Part shown: positions 8,867 through 21,181 of the stretch, piece by piece | Position numbering within the stretch: position 1 is the first letter of the stretch | Layout of the letters: the number at the start of each line of letters is the position of its first letter | Origin: Terriglobia bacterium | Lineage (GTDB): Bacteria > Acidobacteriota > Terriglobia > 20CM-2-55-15 | Length of the DNA stretch: 64,000 nucleotides | Assembly (NCBI GenBank): GCA_965262425.1 | Contig: OZ253536.1 | Coordinates: forward strand, 4,944,412 to 5,008,411 | Direction: 5' to 3' | Notes under the pieces: generated by a model | What the model was told of the DNA's origin: nothing | The model's input: the letters and a program-made list of their open reading frames with translations, nothing else | The model's database searches: none | Position numbers and translations under genes: made by a program

Positions 8867-11500
8867 ATGCAACCTGGCACGCAGCTTGGCCACTACGAGA
8901 TCGTCTCCGCCCTCGGCAAGGGTGGGATGGGTGAGGTGTGGCGTGCACGGGATCAGAAACTCGGACGCGAGGTTGCCATCAAGACCCTGCCGGAGGAGTT
9001 TGCCAAGGACGAAGAACGGCTGGCTCGGTTTGAGCGTGAAGCCAAGCTGCTGGCATCGCTCAACCACCCGAACATTGCCACGATTCACGGGCTGGAAGAA
9101 GACAGCGGCACACGCTTCCTCGTCCTCGAACTCGTTGAAGGCGACACGCTCGCGGACCGACTGAAGCGTGGCGCGATCCCCGTCGAAGAATCCCTCAAAC
9201 TCGCCCTCCAGATCGCCGAGGCCCTCGAAGCAGCGCACGAAAAGGGTGTCGTTCATCGGGACCTGAAACCCGCGAACGTCAAGGTCACACCCGACGGTAA
9301 GGTCAAGGTGCTGGATTTCGGACTGGCGAAGGCGCTCATGGGTGACGGGGCGGATGCGAACCTGTCGCACTCCCCGACCCTGAGCATGGCGGCCACGCAG
9401 CAGGGCGTGATTCTCGGGACCGCGGCCTACATGTCACCGGAGCAGGCCCGTGGTGAGTCCGCCGACAAGAGATCCGACGTCTGGGCGTTCGGCGTCGTCC
9501 TGTTCGAGATGCTCACCGGAACGGGCACCTTCGAGGGGCACACCGTCTCCGACGTTCTTGCCGGTGTGCTGGCGAGGCACCCGAACTGGGACAGCCTGCC
9601 GCACAACCTCCATCCCCGGATCCGATTGCTTCTCGAACGTTGTCTGGAGAAGGAAGCCAAGAACCGCTATCACGATATCGCCGACGTGCGGGTGGACCTC
9701 GAGACCGTTCTGGCCGATCCCGACGGCGTGATCATCCAACCGGTTGGTGAGATCGTTCAAGCGGCCCCGCGATCCCGACTGCCGTGGGTCGCCGCCATCG
9801 TTCTCAGCATCGTTGTCGCCGGCGCGGCTGGCTGGTACATCCGACCTGCCGAGCAGCGTCTTGTCGGTCGCTTTCGCTACGAGTTGCCGGCGGACCAGTC
9901 GTTCCGATCCGGACAGATCAGTCTGGCCATCGCACCCGACGGTCGTCATTTCGTCTACGTCACGCTTGACGGGCTCTATCTGCGATCCCTGGACGAACTC
10001 GAAGCTCGGCTCATCCTTGAAGCCGACGATGGGCTGTCCTACCCCTTCTTCTCACCCGACGGTCAGTGGATCGCTTTCTATTCCGAAGGCGCCCGGCTGA
10101 AGAAGATTCCGATCACGGGGGGGCCACCGGTGACGATATCCGATGTCGATGTCTTTCAAGGGGGCACGTGGGGTGAGGACGATACGATCTGGTTCTATCA
10201 GCCCGCCGAGGGATTAATGCGGGTGTCGGCGAACGGAGGCATTCCGGAGCTTGCGCTCGCTGGGCAATTTGCCGTGCCACGTATTCTGCCGAACGGAAGG
10301 GCATTCCTGTTCTTTAACCAGGAAGGCGTCGCGGTCCAATCGCTGGACTCGCCCGAGGCCAAAGTCCTGTTCCCGGGCCAACTTCCCCGATATGCCGCGA
10401 GCGGGCACATCACCTACCACCTCGACGGCGTGCTGTTTGCTGTCGGGTTCGATCCCGACGCGTTGGAAGTCACGGGCGGCCCCGTCGCGATACTGGATGA
10501 TTTCCAGCCGCCGAACTACGACCTTTCCTCGACCGGAACGCTGGTTTATCAACCGGCGGGTGTGGTGACTCCGGACCGGGTCCTGGCTTTCATCGGCAGC
10601 GGAGGCGGCATCGAGCCCATCGGCGTGCCACCCGCCGAGTACCTGCACCCCCGCCTGTCGCCCGACGGCACGACGCTCGCCGTTGGGTCGTTGGAAGACG
10701 ACGGAGGCGTGATCTGGACCTACGACCTGTCGGATGAGCGACAGATCCAGCAACTGACTTTCGACGGCGGCAATTTCCGGCCCATCTGGACACCCGATGG
10801 GGAACGCATCACGTTCACTTCCGATCGCGATGGAACGGCAAGCCTGTACTGGCAGCCTGCCGACGGAAGCGCGGAGGCCGAGCGTTTGACGACGGCGGAA
10901 CAAGGAACCGGGCATCTGCCCGGGTCGTGGTCTCCCGACGGGCAGGTCCTCGCCTTCACGGTTCGGACCGGCCCGGTGGACTTCGAGATATGGACGCTAT
11001 CTGTCGTCGAGGGGGAATACCAGACCGAACCTCTCTACGACGGGGAAGGACGCGTCTACATGTCTCCCGAATTCTCCCCCGACGGGAAGTGGCTGGCGTA
11101 CGCTTCGGGGCCGCTGGTGACCGACCAGGACATCTACGTCGAACCATTTCCCCCGACCGGACGCCGGGAGCGGATCTCTCAGGACGGCGGGTACTGGATG
11201 TTCTGGTCCCGGGATGGAAACACGCTGTTTTATCGGTCTGTCAGCAATGCGGCGGGAAACCGGCTGCGGTCGGTCGATATCGACACCGAGCCGGATTTCA
11301 GTTTCACCAACGAACAGGTCCTCCCGCCGGAGGGTTTCACCGTCGTGGCCTACAACCGGGACTACGACATCACGCCGGACGGTGAACGAATCCTCATGGT
11401 CTTCCCGGCGGACCGGTCGGTAGACGCATCCCGGAACACCGTTTTTAACATCGTCCTGAATTGGTTTGAAGAGTTGGCCGAACGGGTGCCGGTGCCGTGA
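8867..11500 (+). CDS. Ser/Thr protein kinase with TM segment and TolB-like beta-propeller domain (intact paralog 3)
   Basis: The 877-aa protein has [25 protein letters not shown] and APE. It also has a TM helix (WVAAIVLSIVVAGAAGW), repeated SPDG propeller blades and a C-terminal NWFEELAERVPVP. Confidence 0.9.
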   Translation: MQPGTQLGHYEIVSALGKGGMGEVWRARDQKLGREVAIKTLPEEFAKDEERLARFEREAKLLASLNHPNIATIHGLEEDSGTRFLVLELVEGDTLADRLKRGAIPVEESLKLALQIAEALEAAHEKGVVHRDLKPANVKVTPDGKVKVLDFGLAKALMGDGADANLSHSPTLSMAATQQGVILGTAAYMSPEQARGESADKRSDVWAFGVVLFEMLTGTGTFEGHTVSDVLAGVLARHPNWDSLPHNLHPRIRLLLERCLEKEAKNRYHDIADVRVDLETVLADPDGVIIQPVGEIVQAAPRSRLPWVAAIVLSIVVAGAAGWYIRPAEQRLVGRFRYELPADQSFRSGQISLAIAPDGRHFVYVTLDGLYLRSLDELEARLILEADDGLSYPFFSPDGQWIAFYSEGARLKKIPITGGPPVTISDVDVFQGGTWGEDDTIWFYQPAEGLMRVSANGGIPELALAGQFAVPRILPNGRAFLFFNQEGVAVQSLDSPEAKVLFPGQLPRYAASGHITYHLDGVLFAVGFDPDALEVTGGPVAILDDFQPPNYDLSSTGTLVYQPAGVVTPDRVLAFIGSGGGIEPIGVPPAEYLHPRLSPDGTTLAVGSLEDDGGVIWTYDLSDERQIQQLTFDGGNFRPIWTPDGERITFTSDRDGTASLYWQPADGSAEAERLTTAEQGTGHLPGSWSPDGQVLAFTVRTGPVDFEIWTLSVVEGEYQTEPLYDGEGRVYMSPEFSPDGKWLAYASGPLVTDQDIYVEPFPPTGRRERISQDGGYWMFWSRDGNTLFYRSVSNAAGNRLRSVDIDTEPDFSFTNEQVLPPEGFTVVAYNRDYDITPDGERILMVFPADRSVDASRNTVFNIVLNWFEELAERVPVP

Positions 11501-11585
11501 GGGGGAATTCTTCTGTAGGTGCGGTCTATGACCGCACAAATTGTTCCGGGCTAGAAGATGTGCGCTCATAGAGAATCATAACCCT

Positions 11586-11912
11586 ATGGTCAGAGACAGT
11601 CGCCTCGTTTACTCGACTGGAGTCGGTCGTATCCGTTCCGACCAGACCCAGCGCGCCACGTCCGCCCCTGCCGACGGTTTTGTCCGGGTCCGTCGCGAGA
11701 AGAAGGGGCGCGGTGGCAAGACCGTAACCACCGTGTCCGGTGTGGCCATGGGCAACAAGGAGCTCAAGGCCCTGGCATCAGAGCTCAAACGCAAATGCGG
11801 CAGTGGCGGCTCAGTAAGCGACGGAGTCATCGAGATTCAAGGGGACCACGTCGATCATGTGATGGCAGAGTTAGTCGCGAAGGGCCTCAAAGTGAAACGC
11901 AGCGGAGGCTAA
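11586..11912 (+). CDS. yciH: SUI1/YciH-family translation initiation factor
   Basis: The sequence VRVRREKKGRGGKTVTTVSGV...ELKRKCGSGGSV...IEIQGDH is the classic SUI1 fold. The start is chosen at MVRDSRLVY. Confidence 0.8.
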   Translation: MVRDSRLVYSTGVGRIRSDQTQRATSAPADGFVRVRREKKGRGGKTVTTVSGVAMGNKELKALASELKRKCGSGGSVSDGVIEIQGDHVDHVMAELVAKGLKVKRSGG

Positions 11913-11946
11913 CGATGGTAATTCACCCCGCCAAACAGCTCTGGCA

Positions 11947-12438
11947 TCAGGCCGGGCCACTCGGGGGTGCGCGGCGGATGGTCTGGATTGCCTCGTCGAG
12001 GAGCTGCAGGAATCTTGACCTATCCTGCTGCCTCAGGGGGGGCGGGCCGCCGGTGAGCTCTCCCGCATTTCGCAGATCAGTCATGAGATTTCGCGTGGCC
12101 AGCGCCTGCCCGACGTTGTCGTCATTCCAGCGCTTTCCCGAGTTGCTGATCACCCAGGCGCCGGCTTTCACCGAGCGACTGGCCAGGGGGATGTCGGAGG
12201 TGATCACGATATCATGGGGTTCGACGTGCCCCACGATCCAGTCGTCAGCCGCGTCGGCCTCTGCCCCCACCACTTCGAGTGTGATCCACGAGTCATCCGG
12301 AGTTCGCATCCAGGAGTTGACTACCAGCGTGACCTGTAGCTGGTAGCGCCCCGCGACCCGAAAGATCTCCGGTTTCACCGGGCAGGCATCAGCGTCGACA
12401 TAAACATGCAGCACAGAACGTCTCTCTTTGAAATTCAA
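11947..12438 (-). CDS. YaiI/YqgE family protein (DUF188)
   Basis: It has VYVDADACPVK and ITSDIPLA motifs, and is 163 aa. Confidence 0.8.
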   Translation of the reverse strand: MNFKERRSVLHVYVDADACPVKPEIFRVAGRYQLQVTLVVNSWMRTPDDSWITLEVVGAEADAADDWIVGHVEPHDIVITSDIPLASRSVKAGAWVISNSGKRWNDDNVGQALATRNLMTDLRNAGELTGGPPPLRQQDRSRFLQLLDEAIQTIRRAPPSGPA

Positions 12439-12523
12439 TCAACATGGTCGACTGATCTCAGGACAACAGGGGTATTGAGGGCTCTGCCCCCTAATTAATC
12501 TTGTCTGGTCCTAGTGGTCCCCG

Positions 12524-12925
12524 TCAAACAGACTGTAACTTATCGGGCTTCTTTCGGGCACGTTGAACTTTTTCAAGAATATCGGAAGCCGTTGCAGTCC
12601 AGATGAACGGCTTGGGGTTCTGATTGTGACCTGCGACATACTTCTCCACGGCCTGGATTAGCTCAGGAACCGAGTGGAAAACCCCGCGCCGAAGCCGTTG
12701 TTCGGAAAGATCCCGGAAGAAGCGTTCGACCATGTTCAGCCAGGATGCACTGGTCGGTGTGAAGTGCACATGAAAGCGCGTGTTGCGCTTCAACCAGTTG
12801 ACGATTTTCTGATGTTTGTGCGTGGCGTAGTTGTCGCAAATGATATGGATCTGTTTGTCTTTCGGCACGGAGCGTTTGATCTGATTGAGAAACCGGATCC
12901 ATTCCTGACGACGGTGCTTCGGCAT
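12524..12925 (-). pseudogene. IS630-family transposase, C-terminal fragment (split by IS21 insertion)
   Basis: 133 aa are nearly identical to residues ~229-361 of the intact 361-aa transposases at 52129..53214 and 55908..56993. Confidence 0.85.
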
Positions 12926-13155
12926 ACAGGTCCCGATAATCGAGCCGTCCAGCGTATTGAGTGCGTATTCCGGACGATCGTGATCACTGATTCCGATTTA
13001 ACGTGATCACCGATTCCGGGATCATGATCAGTGATTCCGGGCATCGTGATCACTGATTCCGGGATCATGATCAGTGATTCCGGGCATCATGATCACCGAT
13101 TCCGGCGATCATGATCACCCGTCGGTAGCGAAGTTTAGACCTGTTAGGTTCTTCC

Positions 13156-14859
13156 TTGAAAAAGGAGAACTTGATGGGAACAAGACGGCTATCGATGAGA
13201 CAGTTACGCGAGATTCTACGACTCAAACACGAACAGAAACTCAGCCACCGGGCCATCGCCCGAGCCTGCCGAGTGGGAGTAGGGACGGTTTCGGAGTACG
13301 TCCGACGGGCGGCACGTGCAGGGTTGGAATGGCCGCTGCCTGAGGAACTGGACGAGGCCGCGCTTGAAGCGCGGCTGTTTTCCAGCGCGGGACCGGGCTC
13401 CCGGGAACGGGTGGTTCCAGATGTCGAGCGGATCCACCAGGAGTTGAAGCGTGTTGGAGTCACCCTCCACCTGCTCTGGGAAGAGTACCGGGAAGCGAAT
13501 CCAAAGGGATATGCCTACAGCCAGTTCTGTGTGATCTACGGGCGGTGGGCCCAGAAACTGAAGCCCTCGATGCGGCAGGTGCACCGCGCCGGCGAGAAGA
13601 CCTTCATCGACTTTTCCGGCAAACGGCCAGAACTGACGGATCCGCGGACGGGCACAACTAAACCAGTCGAGTTGTTCGTGGCCGCGCTGGGCGCCAGCGG
13701 TTATACCTACGCCGAAGCGACACCGAGCCAGAAACTCGCCGACTGGATCGGCGTACATATTCGCATGGTGGAGTTCTTCGGCGGATCGAGCCGGATCTGG
13801 GTTCCCGATCAACTCAAGAGTGCCATTACCCTGTCCTGCCGCTACGAAGCAGGAGTGAATCGCACCTACCAGGATGAGGCAGAACATTACGGCGCCGTTG
13901 TCATTCCGGCCCGGCCTCGGAAACCCAAAGACAAAGCAAAAATCGAAGCCACGGTCCTTCTGGCACAGCGTTGGCTCCTGGCCAGAATCCGGAATCACAC
14001 GTTCTTCAGTCTGGCGGACTTGAACGGGGCGATTCGAAAGTTGCTGTTGGAACTGAACCAGCGGCCGATGCAGAAGCTTCGCGTGTCCCGCCTGGAACTC
14101 TACGAAAGGCTGGATCGACCGGCCCTACAGCCACTACCGACCGATCGGTATGAACAGGCCGAGTGGAAGGGCTGTCGTGCCAATATCGACTACCACGTGA
14201 CCGTGGATCACCATCCCTACAGCGTGCCCTACCAGTTGATCCAGGAAACCCTGGAAGCGCGTTACACCGCCTCGATTGTCGAGGTCTACCACAAAGGCCG
14301 GCGCGTCGCCTCTCATCCTCGCCGCTACGATCACCAACCGTCGACTCTGTCGGAACATATGCCCAGTTCCCATCGAGCCCATGCGGCATGGACACCATCC
14401 CGGCTGATCCGTTGGGCGGAGAAAACCGGCTCTCAGACCGGCCGACTGGCCGAGGAGATGATAAAACGGTGGCCCCATCCTGAGCAGGGGTACCGCTCCT
14501 GCCTGGGATTGATGAGCCTGGGACGCCGCTACGGCGCCCAGCGGCTCGAAGCCGCCAGTGCCCGAGCACTTCGCTTACAGTCCTATAGCTACCGAACCGT
14601 CAAAAACATCCTGTCCTCGGCCCAGGACCGTTTGCCGTTCGAGGATTCCGAAACCCTACCCACGCCCCATCACGACAACATTCGCGGCGCCGCCTATTAT
14701 GCGGAGCCAGAGGAGAGCACACATGCTAATGGAACAAACCCTGGAGAAGATGAACCAGATGAAGCTATCGGCCATGGTCGAAGCCCTCGAGCAGCAACGC
14801 CGCTCGAATCAGTACACGGATCTGAGTTTCGAGGAGCGTCTGGGCCTTCTAGTGGATGA
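13156..14859 (+). CDS. istA: IS21-family transposase IstA
   Basis: It has an N-terminal HTH (LSHRAIARACRVGVGTVSEYVRR) and a DDE core. The 3' end overlaps istB, and the C-terminal extension may reflect a lost or late stop. Confidence 0.8.
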   Translation: MKKENLMGTRRLSMRQLREILRLKHEQKLSHRAIARACRVGVGTVSEYVRRAARAGLEWPLPEELDEAALEARLFSSAGPGSRERVVPDVERIHQELKRVGVTLHLLWEEYREANPKGYAYSQFCVIYGRWAQKLKPSMRQVHRAGEKTFIDFSGKRPELTDPRTGTTKPVELFVAALGASGYTYAEATPSQKLADWIGVHIRMVEFFGGSSRIWVPDQLKSAITLSCRYEAGVNRTYQDEAEHYGAVVIPARPRKPKDKAKIEATVLLAQRWLLARIRNHTFFSLADLNGAIRKLLLELNQRPMQKLRVSRLELYERLDRPALQPLPTDRYEQAEWKGCRANIDYHVTVDHHPYSVPYQLIQETLEARYTASIVEVYHKGRRVASHPRRYDHQPSTLSEHMPSSHRAHAAWTPSRLIRWAEKTGSQTGRLAEEMIKRWPHPEQGYRSCLGLMSLGRRYGAQRLEAASARALRLQSYSYRTVKNILSSAQDRLPFEDSETLPTPHHDNIRGAAYYAEPEESTHANGTNPGEDEPDEAIGHGRSPRAATPLESVHGSEFRGASGPSSG

Positions 14860-15484
14860 AGAATGGACGGCCCGGGAGCACCGTAAGCTCACCCGGCGTC
14901 TGCGCGTGGCCAAGCTGCGCTACAGCTCTGCATCGCTGGAAAACGTCGACTTCAAACATCGTCGCAGTCTGGACCGTTCCCAAGTCCTCGCTCTGGGCTC
15001 CTGCGGGTGGATCCGGGACCGGCACAATCTGATCATTTCCGGTCCGACCGGCATCGGGAAAAGTTTTCTGGCTTCGGCTTTCGTCGAACGAGCCTGCCGG
15101 CGCGGTTTCAATGCCGCCTACGTCCGAATGCCCCGGCTCTTGCACCAACTGGCGGTCGGCCGTGGCGACGGCTCCTACGCTCGTGTTCTGGCACGGCTGG
15201 CCAAGACCGATCTGCTGGCCATCGACGACTGGCTCCTGGCCCCGCTACGCGATGCCGAACGCCGGGACTTGATCGAAGTCGTCGAGGAACGGAGCGAACG
15301 CTCCGCCATCTTGATCGCCAGCCAGCTCCCGGTCGCCGACTGGCACGGCGTCATCGGCGACCCGAACCAGGCCGACGCCATCTGCGATCGCCTCCTCCAC
15401 AACGCGCATCGCATCGAACTGAAGGGACGATCCATGAGACAAACCAAGGCTGCCCCGAAACCCTCTTCCAAGGAGCCGGCATGA
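14723..15484 (+). CDS. istB: IS21-family helper ATPase IstB
   Basis: It has Walker A GPTGIGKS and Walker B LLAIDDW. The start is chosen at MLMEQTLEKMNQ inside the longer ORF 14558..15484. Confidence 0.85.
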   Translation: MLMEQTLEKMNQMKLSAMVEALEQQRRSNQYTDLSFEERLGLLVDEEWTAREHRKLTRRLRVAKLRYSSASLENVDFKHRRSLDRSQVLALGSCGWIRDRHNLIISGPTGIGKSFLASAFVERACRRGFNAAYVRMPRLLHQLAVGRGDGSYARVLARLAKTDLLAIDDWLLAPLRDAERRDLIEVVEERSERSAILIASQLPVADWHGVIGDPNQADAICDRLLHNAHRIELKGRSMRQTKAAPKPSSKEPA

Positions 15485-15883
15485 ACCCCACCTGGCGACG
15501 AGGTAGTCCAACTCGGACTGGCGTCCGATCGTCGCGGATACGCGATCCTGGCGCGAAGGATTTTCAGGAATTCAGTAAGGACGGGACGAAGAATGAGAAA
15601 GAACCTAAAAAACAAACCAGTGGCCTGTGGAAAATGATGGGCTATGGAAATCCACAAAAAACGTGGATTCCCACAGCCCTGGAAAAGCCTGCGGCTTTCC
15701 CACATTTACACACAGGCCCGGCGATGAATATCAAGATTATGGAAGCATTCAAAACAAGAATCGTGGACTTCGGGAGGTCTAAACTGAGATCCTAACCCTC
15801 ACTTCGCTACGGCGGGTGATCACGATGCCCGGAATCACTGATCATGATCCCGGAACTGGTGATCACGATCAGCGGAATACGCA

Positions 15884-16537
15884 ATTGAGCGCGGCGAACA
15901 TCGTGGTCGTCCCGTTGCGTTTGTAGTCGTGGGTGAGGGTGCCGCACCGCCCCTTCTTCAGAGGTAACCCAGGTTGCGTGCGGTCCAGGGCCTGCATCTG
16001 GCTCTTCTCATCGCAGGACAAAACAATGGCGTTGTCCGGAGGGTTCAGATACAAACCGACCACATCCTCCAACTTCTCGACAAATTGTTTGTCGTTGGAC
16101 AGTTTGAAGGTGCATGCCAGATGAGGCTTCAAGCCATGAGCCCGCCAGATTCTCCCTACCGTGGACTCGCTGACGCCGGTTGCCCTGGCCATCAAGGACC
16201 GGCTCCAGTGCGTGGCGTTCGGAGGCTTCCCTTCGACCGTTTTCTTCACGATCCGGGCCCGCTTCCGGCGGCCGGTCGAGGGAATCCGTCCACTGCGGGA
16301 AGCGTCCTTTTCGATTCCCCCGAGGCCATCTTCAACGAAACGATCGCGCCAACGTCCGGCCTTTTGACGAGTGATGTCCAACTTGGCGCCGATCTCCTGA
16401 TTGTCGAGACCCCCGGCGGCCAGCAAGACAATTCGAGATCGTTCCGCCAACCGGACCGCCACACTGCGGCTTCGGCTCAGCCGCTCCAGTTCCTTCCGCA
16501 CAGGAATGTCCAATTTAATCGTCGGTGCTTTCCTCAT
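15884..16537 (-). pseudogene. IS630-family transposase, N-terminal fragment (split by IS21 insertion)
   Basis: ~214 aa are near-identical to the N-terminus of the intact copies. The ORF reading continues artificially into the IS21 end. Confidence 0.85.
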
Positions 16538-16595
16538 ATATACTCAGACGTAGGAAAGCTAAATAAGTTACGTTAATTGAGACGGACTACACTAG

Positions 16596-16760
16596 GGGCC
16601 TGCGCGGCAGAAGAGATCTACTGCGAAAGCAGTAGAATCGGTCCATATTTCCCCGATTTTTCGTTGAATAGAACCACTATTCGCCTCAAAATCGAGAAAA
16701 TCTGTCCTCGATTCCCTGCTTTCTCGCTACGATCCCTTCTGCCGCGCAGGCTCCTAGCGA
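16596..16760. repeat. MITE/REP-like element with 25-bp terminal inverted repeats GG(G/A)GCCTGCGCGGCAGAAG(A/G)GATC
   Basis: Left TIR is 16596-16620 and right TIR is 16736-16760 (22/25 match). The first ~85 bp recur at 26866..26950. The right TIR abuts the stop codon of the SBBP gene. Confidence 0.65.
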
Positions 16761-19114
16761 CGTCGAACAACGAAGAATACGATTGTCCCGACCAGCAGGA
16801 CCGTTATGCCGATCCCGACCGGCAGAACCATACGACTCCCAGGGGGCGGTGGTTCTGTCGTGTCAGCTGTTGTATCAGACGCGGCAGGCTCTCCGACTGT
16901 GGGGAAGGGTACGGGTTGGTCCGGGGTGATTCTGACTATGAAAGCGTCGGAGGAGCCCCCTATCCCGCCGGGTTGGATAGGGTTCGGAAAAGGCACCATG
17001 TCGAAATCGTCGGAATAGGTTCGTCCGGTCACGTAGAGGTCACCGCGTCTGTCCCCAGCGATACTTTGACCACGATCTTCTTGACTGCCGCCAAAGTACA
17101 TAGAAAAGACAAGCTGTGGGAAGCCGGCTATACCGAAATCCAACTGTGCGACGAAGGCAAACGGAAGGTCCTCGTCGTTCAGGGCGTTGTTCTCCCCCGG
17201 AAAGCCGCCCCAGCTTTCCCCAGTAATGTAGGGGTTTCCGGCGGTGTCTACGACAATCCCGCTGACGGATTCCTCGAAAAGGCCACCGAGATAGGTAGAG
17301 TTGACCAGCGAGGCCATGCCGACTAGGTTCGGATCGATCTTCGCCACAAAGACGTCTCGACCTCCCCCCCCGAAACCTCCCTGAAAGGCCCGTACTGTGG
17401 GGAAGCCCTCGTTGACGTTCAACGTTTCGATGTCGTCTAGAGAACTAGTGTTCCCCGTCACGTAAGCGTTGTCTCGATCGTCCACGTCAATACACCGGGG
17501 GCAGCCCCAGCTTCCGTATAGCTCCGGACCAGTGCCGCCGAGGTAGGTGGAGTAACGGGGCTCACCGGACGCACTCAACTTCGTCACGAAGGCGTCGTAG
17601 GTGTTGCTCGCGTTCTCTCTTTGAAAAGCATTCTCGGTCGTGGGGAAGCCTTCATCCTCCGGCGTGTTCGTAACATCTGCCGAATTGGTCGTACCGGTCA
17701 CGTAGGCTTCGCCCAGTGCGTTCACGGCAATGGCGCTTGCAACCTCGTCTTCGCGGCCGCCCAGGTATGTGGAATAGATGAGACGTCTTCCATCGGCATC
17801 GAGCCTCGCCACGAACGCGTCGAAACGGCCAGCGTTGGCATCCTGGAAGGCATTTTGTGTTGGAAACGCCTCGTCCCCTGGGATACCGGGATCGTTCCGG
17901 GACAGAGTTTGGCCCACCACGAAGGCATCGCCTTGAAACACAGCGATGCTCAGGGCCCGGTCCCTGGCGAGTCCGCCCAGATATGTAGAGTAGACGAGCT
18001 GGTCGCCGTTGACACTCAACTTGGTCACAAAGGCGTCGTTGGCGCCTGCGCGGTTGGGCTGAAAGGCATTATCTCCGGGATCGGGATTACCGATCGGAAA
18101 GGTCGGGAAGTTGTCTGAAGCGGTGAAGCCCGTCACGTAGGCATTGCCTTCAGCGTCCAAATCGATGCTCAAGCCAAAATCGCCAGCCCCTCCACCGAGG
18201 TATGTTAGGTAGACGAGCCCGTTGCCCGCAGCATTCACCTTCGTTACGAAAGCATCGGATGAGGGTACGTCTGGGTCACCTCCACGCGCGCCCTGAAACG
18301 GGTTCAGACCAGGCGGGGCTAACGTAGGGAGATCCACTGCCTGGGTTTCCCCGACTACATAGGCGTTGCGGTTCGCGTCTACAGCGATGTCATTGCCACG
18401 GTCATTCCCGGTGCCGCCGAGGAAGGTGGAATAGGTCATCACCGGATCGATCACCAAGCGCTGGCTGACATCATAGTCGGCCACCTCAAAGCCGACCTGA
18501 CGGGCTCCTTTGAGCACATAGCCGGCCGGAATGATCCGACGGGTGCCGCTGTGCTCCTGGTAAACCAGAGGCTGCCGGAAGCGGATCTCGTCACTGCCCA
18601 TCCCGACCCTCAGATCCCCGCCGTCGTCCACCTCCACGCGCTCGACACCCTCAAAAATCAGCGCGATGGCCTCGTGGTCCGCTCCCGGCGCCACCACAAA
18701 GTCGTACTCCAACTCGCGCCGGGTCGTGCCGTAATAGACCACATCCACTCCGGGATAGACATCCCGATATCGAACCCTGGCATAGTGAGGAATGTTCGTC
18801 CGCCACTTCTCGGCATCGCTGCCGATTAAGTAGTTGATCTTGCCGGGAAGTTCCTCCAGCCCCTCCGCCTGTGACGATGGAGCAGCACCCGCCAGTCGCA
18901 CCCGCAGTACGGATGGCTCGGCCGGCGGATGGCCTGCAACCTCCGTCCGGTTGTCTACATCCCCCCCGGGACGAGACGGCCCTGAGACGGGAGGATGAGT
19001 GAAGACAAGCGTCACCTCCGTGGCAGTCAAGAACAGGGTGTACCCCCTACCCCGAGAAAGGAATTGGACGCGGGCATCGGTCTGTGAACCGCCCCGGGTT
19101 TCCCGGAGACCGTT

Positions 19115-20355
<1,241 letters not shown>

Positions 20356-21181
20356 CTTCTCAAGTAATGGAGTCTCCGGGAAACCCGGGGCGGTTCACTG
20401 ACCCCGGTTCGCTTCAAAGCTCAAGGGAAGCTTGCCGTAGGGTTGGTTGACCCATGCCGGGGTGCCGGCCTCGGGTGTGGCTTGGGCCGCAGATATGGCC
20501 TCCAGTGAAGAGGAAACGCACAATGCGAGTGCAGTCATCAGGAGTCGTTTCATGGTTGCTAACCCTCCCTCATCCCCGCTCAACTAACTGGCCCGGACCA
20601 CGAACAACGCCACCCGCTGTCCCTGCCTCATACTGCGACAAATTCAACCAACCCAACGACGCTCATCATAGCGTACGGTTGAGCGTCTGGACATGATGCA
20701 CTGGCCGCTAGATTTGTCCCGTATGGTCGCGAGTTGATCAGGCTTCCGTCACCGCTTCCCAAGTCGTAAGAGAACGCGCCCCCAACATGCGGTGGTGAAC
20801 TGCTTTTAGTCTGTGCCTGGCCAGTCGAAAAAGATAAGTCCTCCGAAATCGCATTCTGTGGAGCCAGGGAATGGTGCTCAAAGGATTACCCGCGACAGCG
20901 GCTTCGTTCAAACGCCGTAGTGTTTACATATTTGAATCCACATGCCTAGATGAGCCGCCAAACCGTAGAAGTGACGAACCCGTCACGGAGTCTAACGGGC
21001 GAGGCTCAATGCCAGGGTGGCTCTTCGAGGGCGCTGTCGGCAAAGGAGCTAACTGTCCGTCGTCGGTAACGAGGTAACGAGACATGCCAGAGCAGAAACT
21101 AAGTCTGCTCCGACTCGTCTCCCGCAACATGGGCTGACAAGAGTCATTGAACTCCTGTCAGCTGCTGACTAAACTTGGGGT

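Larger units (their letters stand above)
12962..15883 (+). mobile_element. IS21-family insertion sequence (istA-istB) with 6-bp target duplication ATTGAG
   Basis: The terminal IRs are TGCGTATTCCGGACGATCGTGATCAC and its complement. Multiple subterminal direct repeats (GATCATGATCAGTGATTCCGGG) lie at 12990-13120 and 15815-15880. The flanking ATTGAG occurs at 12956-12961 and 15884-15889, versus a single copy in the intact IS630. Confidence 0.85.
12512..16594 (-). mobile_element. IS630-family element copy C, disrupted by nested IS21-family insertion
   Basis: The ends match intact copies at 52117..53271 and 55896..57050 (TAGTGGTCCCCGTCAAACAGACTGTAACTTAT ... ATAAGTTAC-TTAA-TG-GACGGACTACACTA). It is 1155 bp once 12962..15883 and the 6-bp TSD are removed. 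Confidence 0.85.

Noticed and set aside
8875-8891. Sigma54-like -24/-12 motif TGGCACGcagcTTGGC
   Set aside because: It lies inside the kinase paralog 3 coding start (encodes PGTQLGH) and has a mismatch at the conserved -12 GC.
9434-11569. Multiple minus-strand ORFs (171, 233, 190 aa) inside kinase paralog 3
   Set aside because: They are antisense to an intact, strongly supported kinase/propeller ORF.
12990-13120. Tandem near-identical 22-bp units (gatcatgatcagtgattccggg x5) that superficially resemble a CRISPR array
   Set aside because: The units are contiguous with no unique spacers. They mirror an inverted set at 15815..15880 and sit at both ends of the IS21 element, so they are IS21 subterminal transposase-binding repeats.
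16577-17326. 249-aa plus-strand ORF
   Set aside because: It spans the MITE-like repeat and runs antisense to the SBBP gene.
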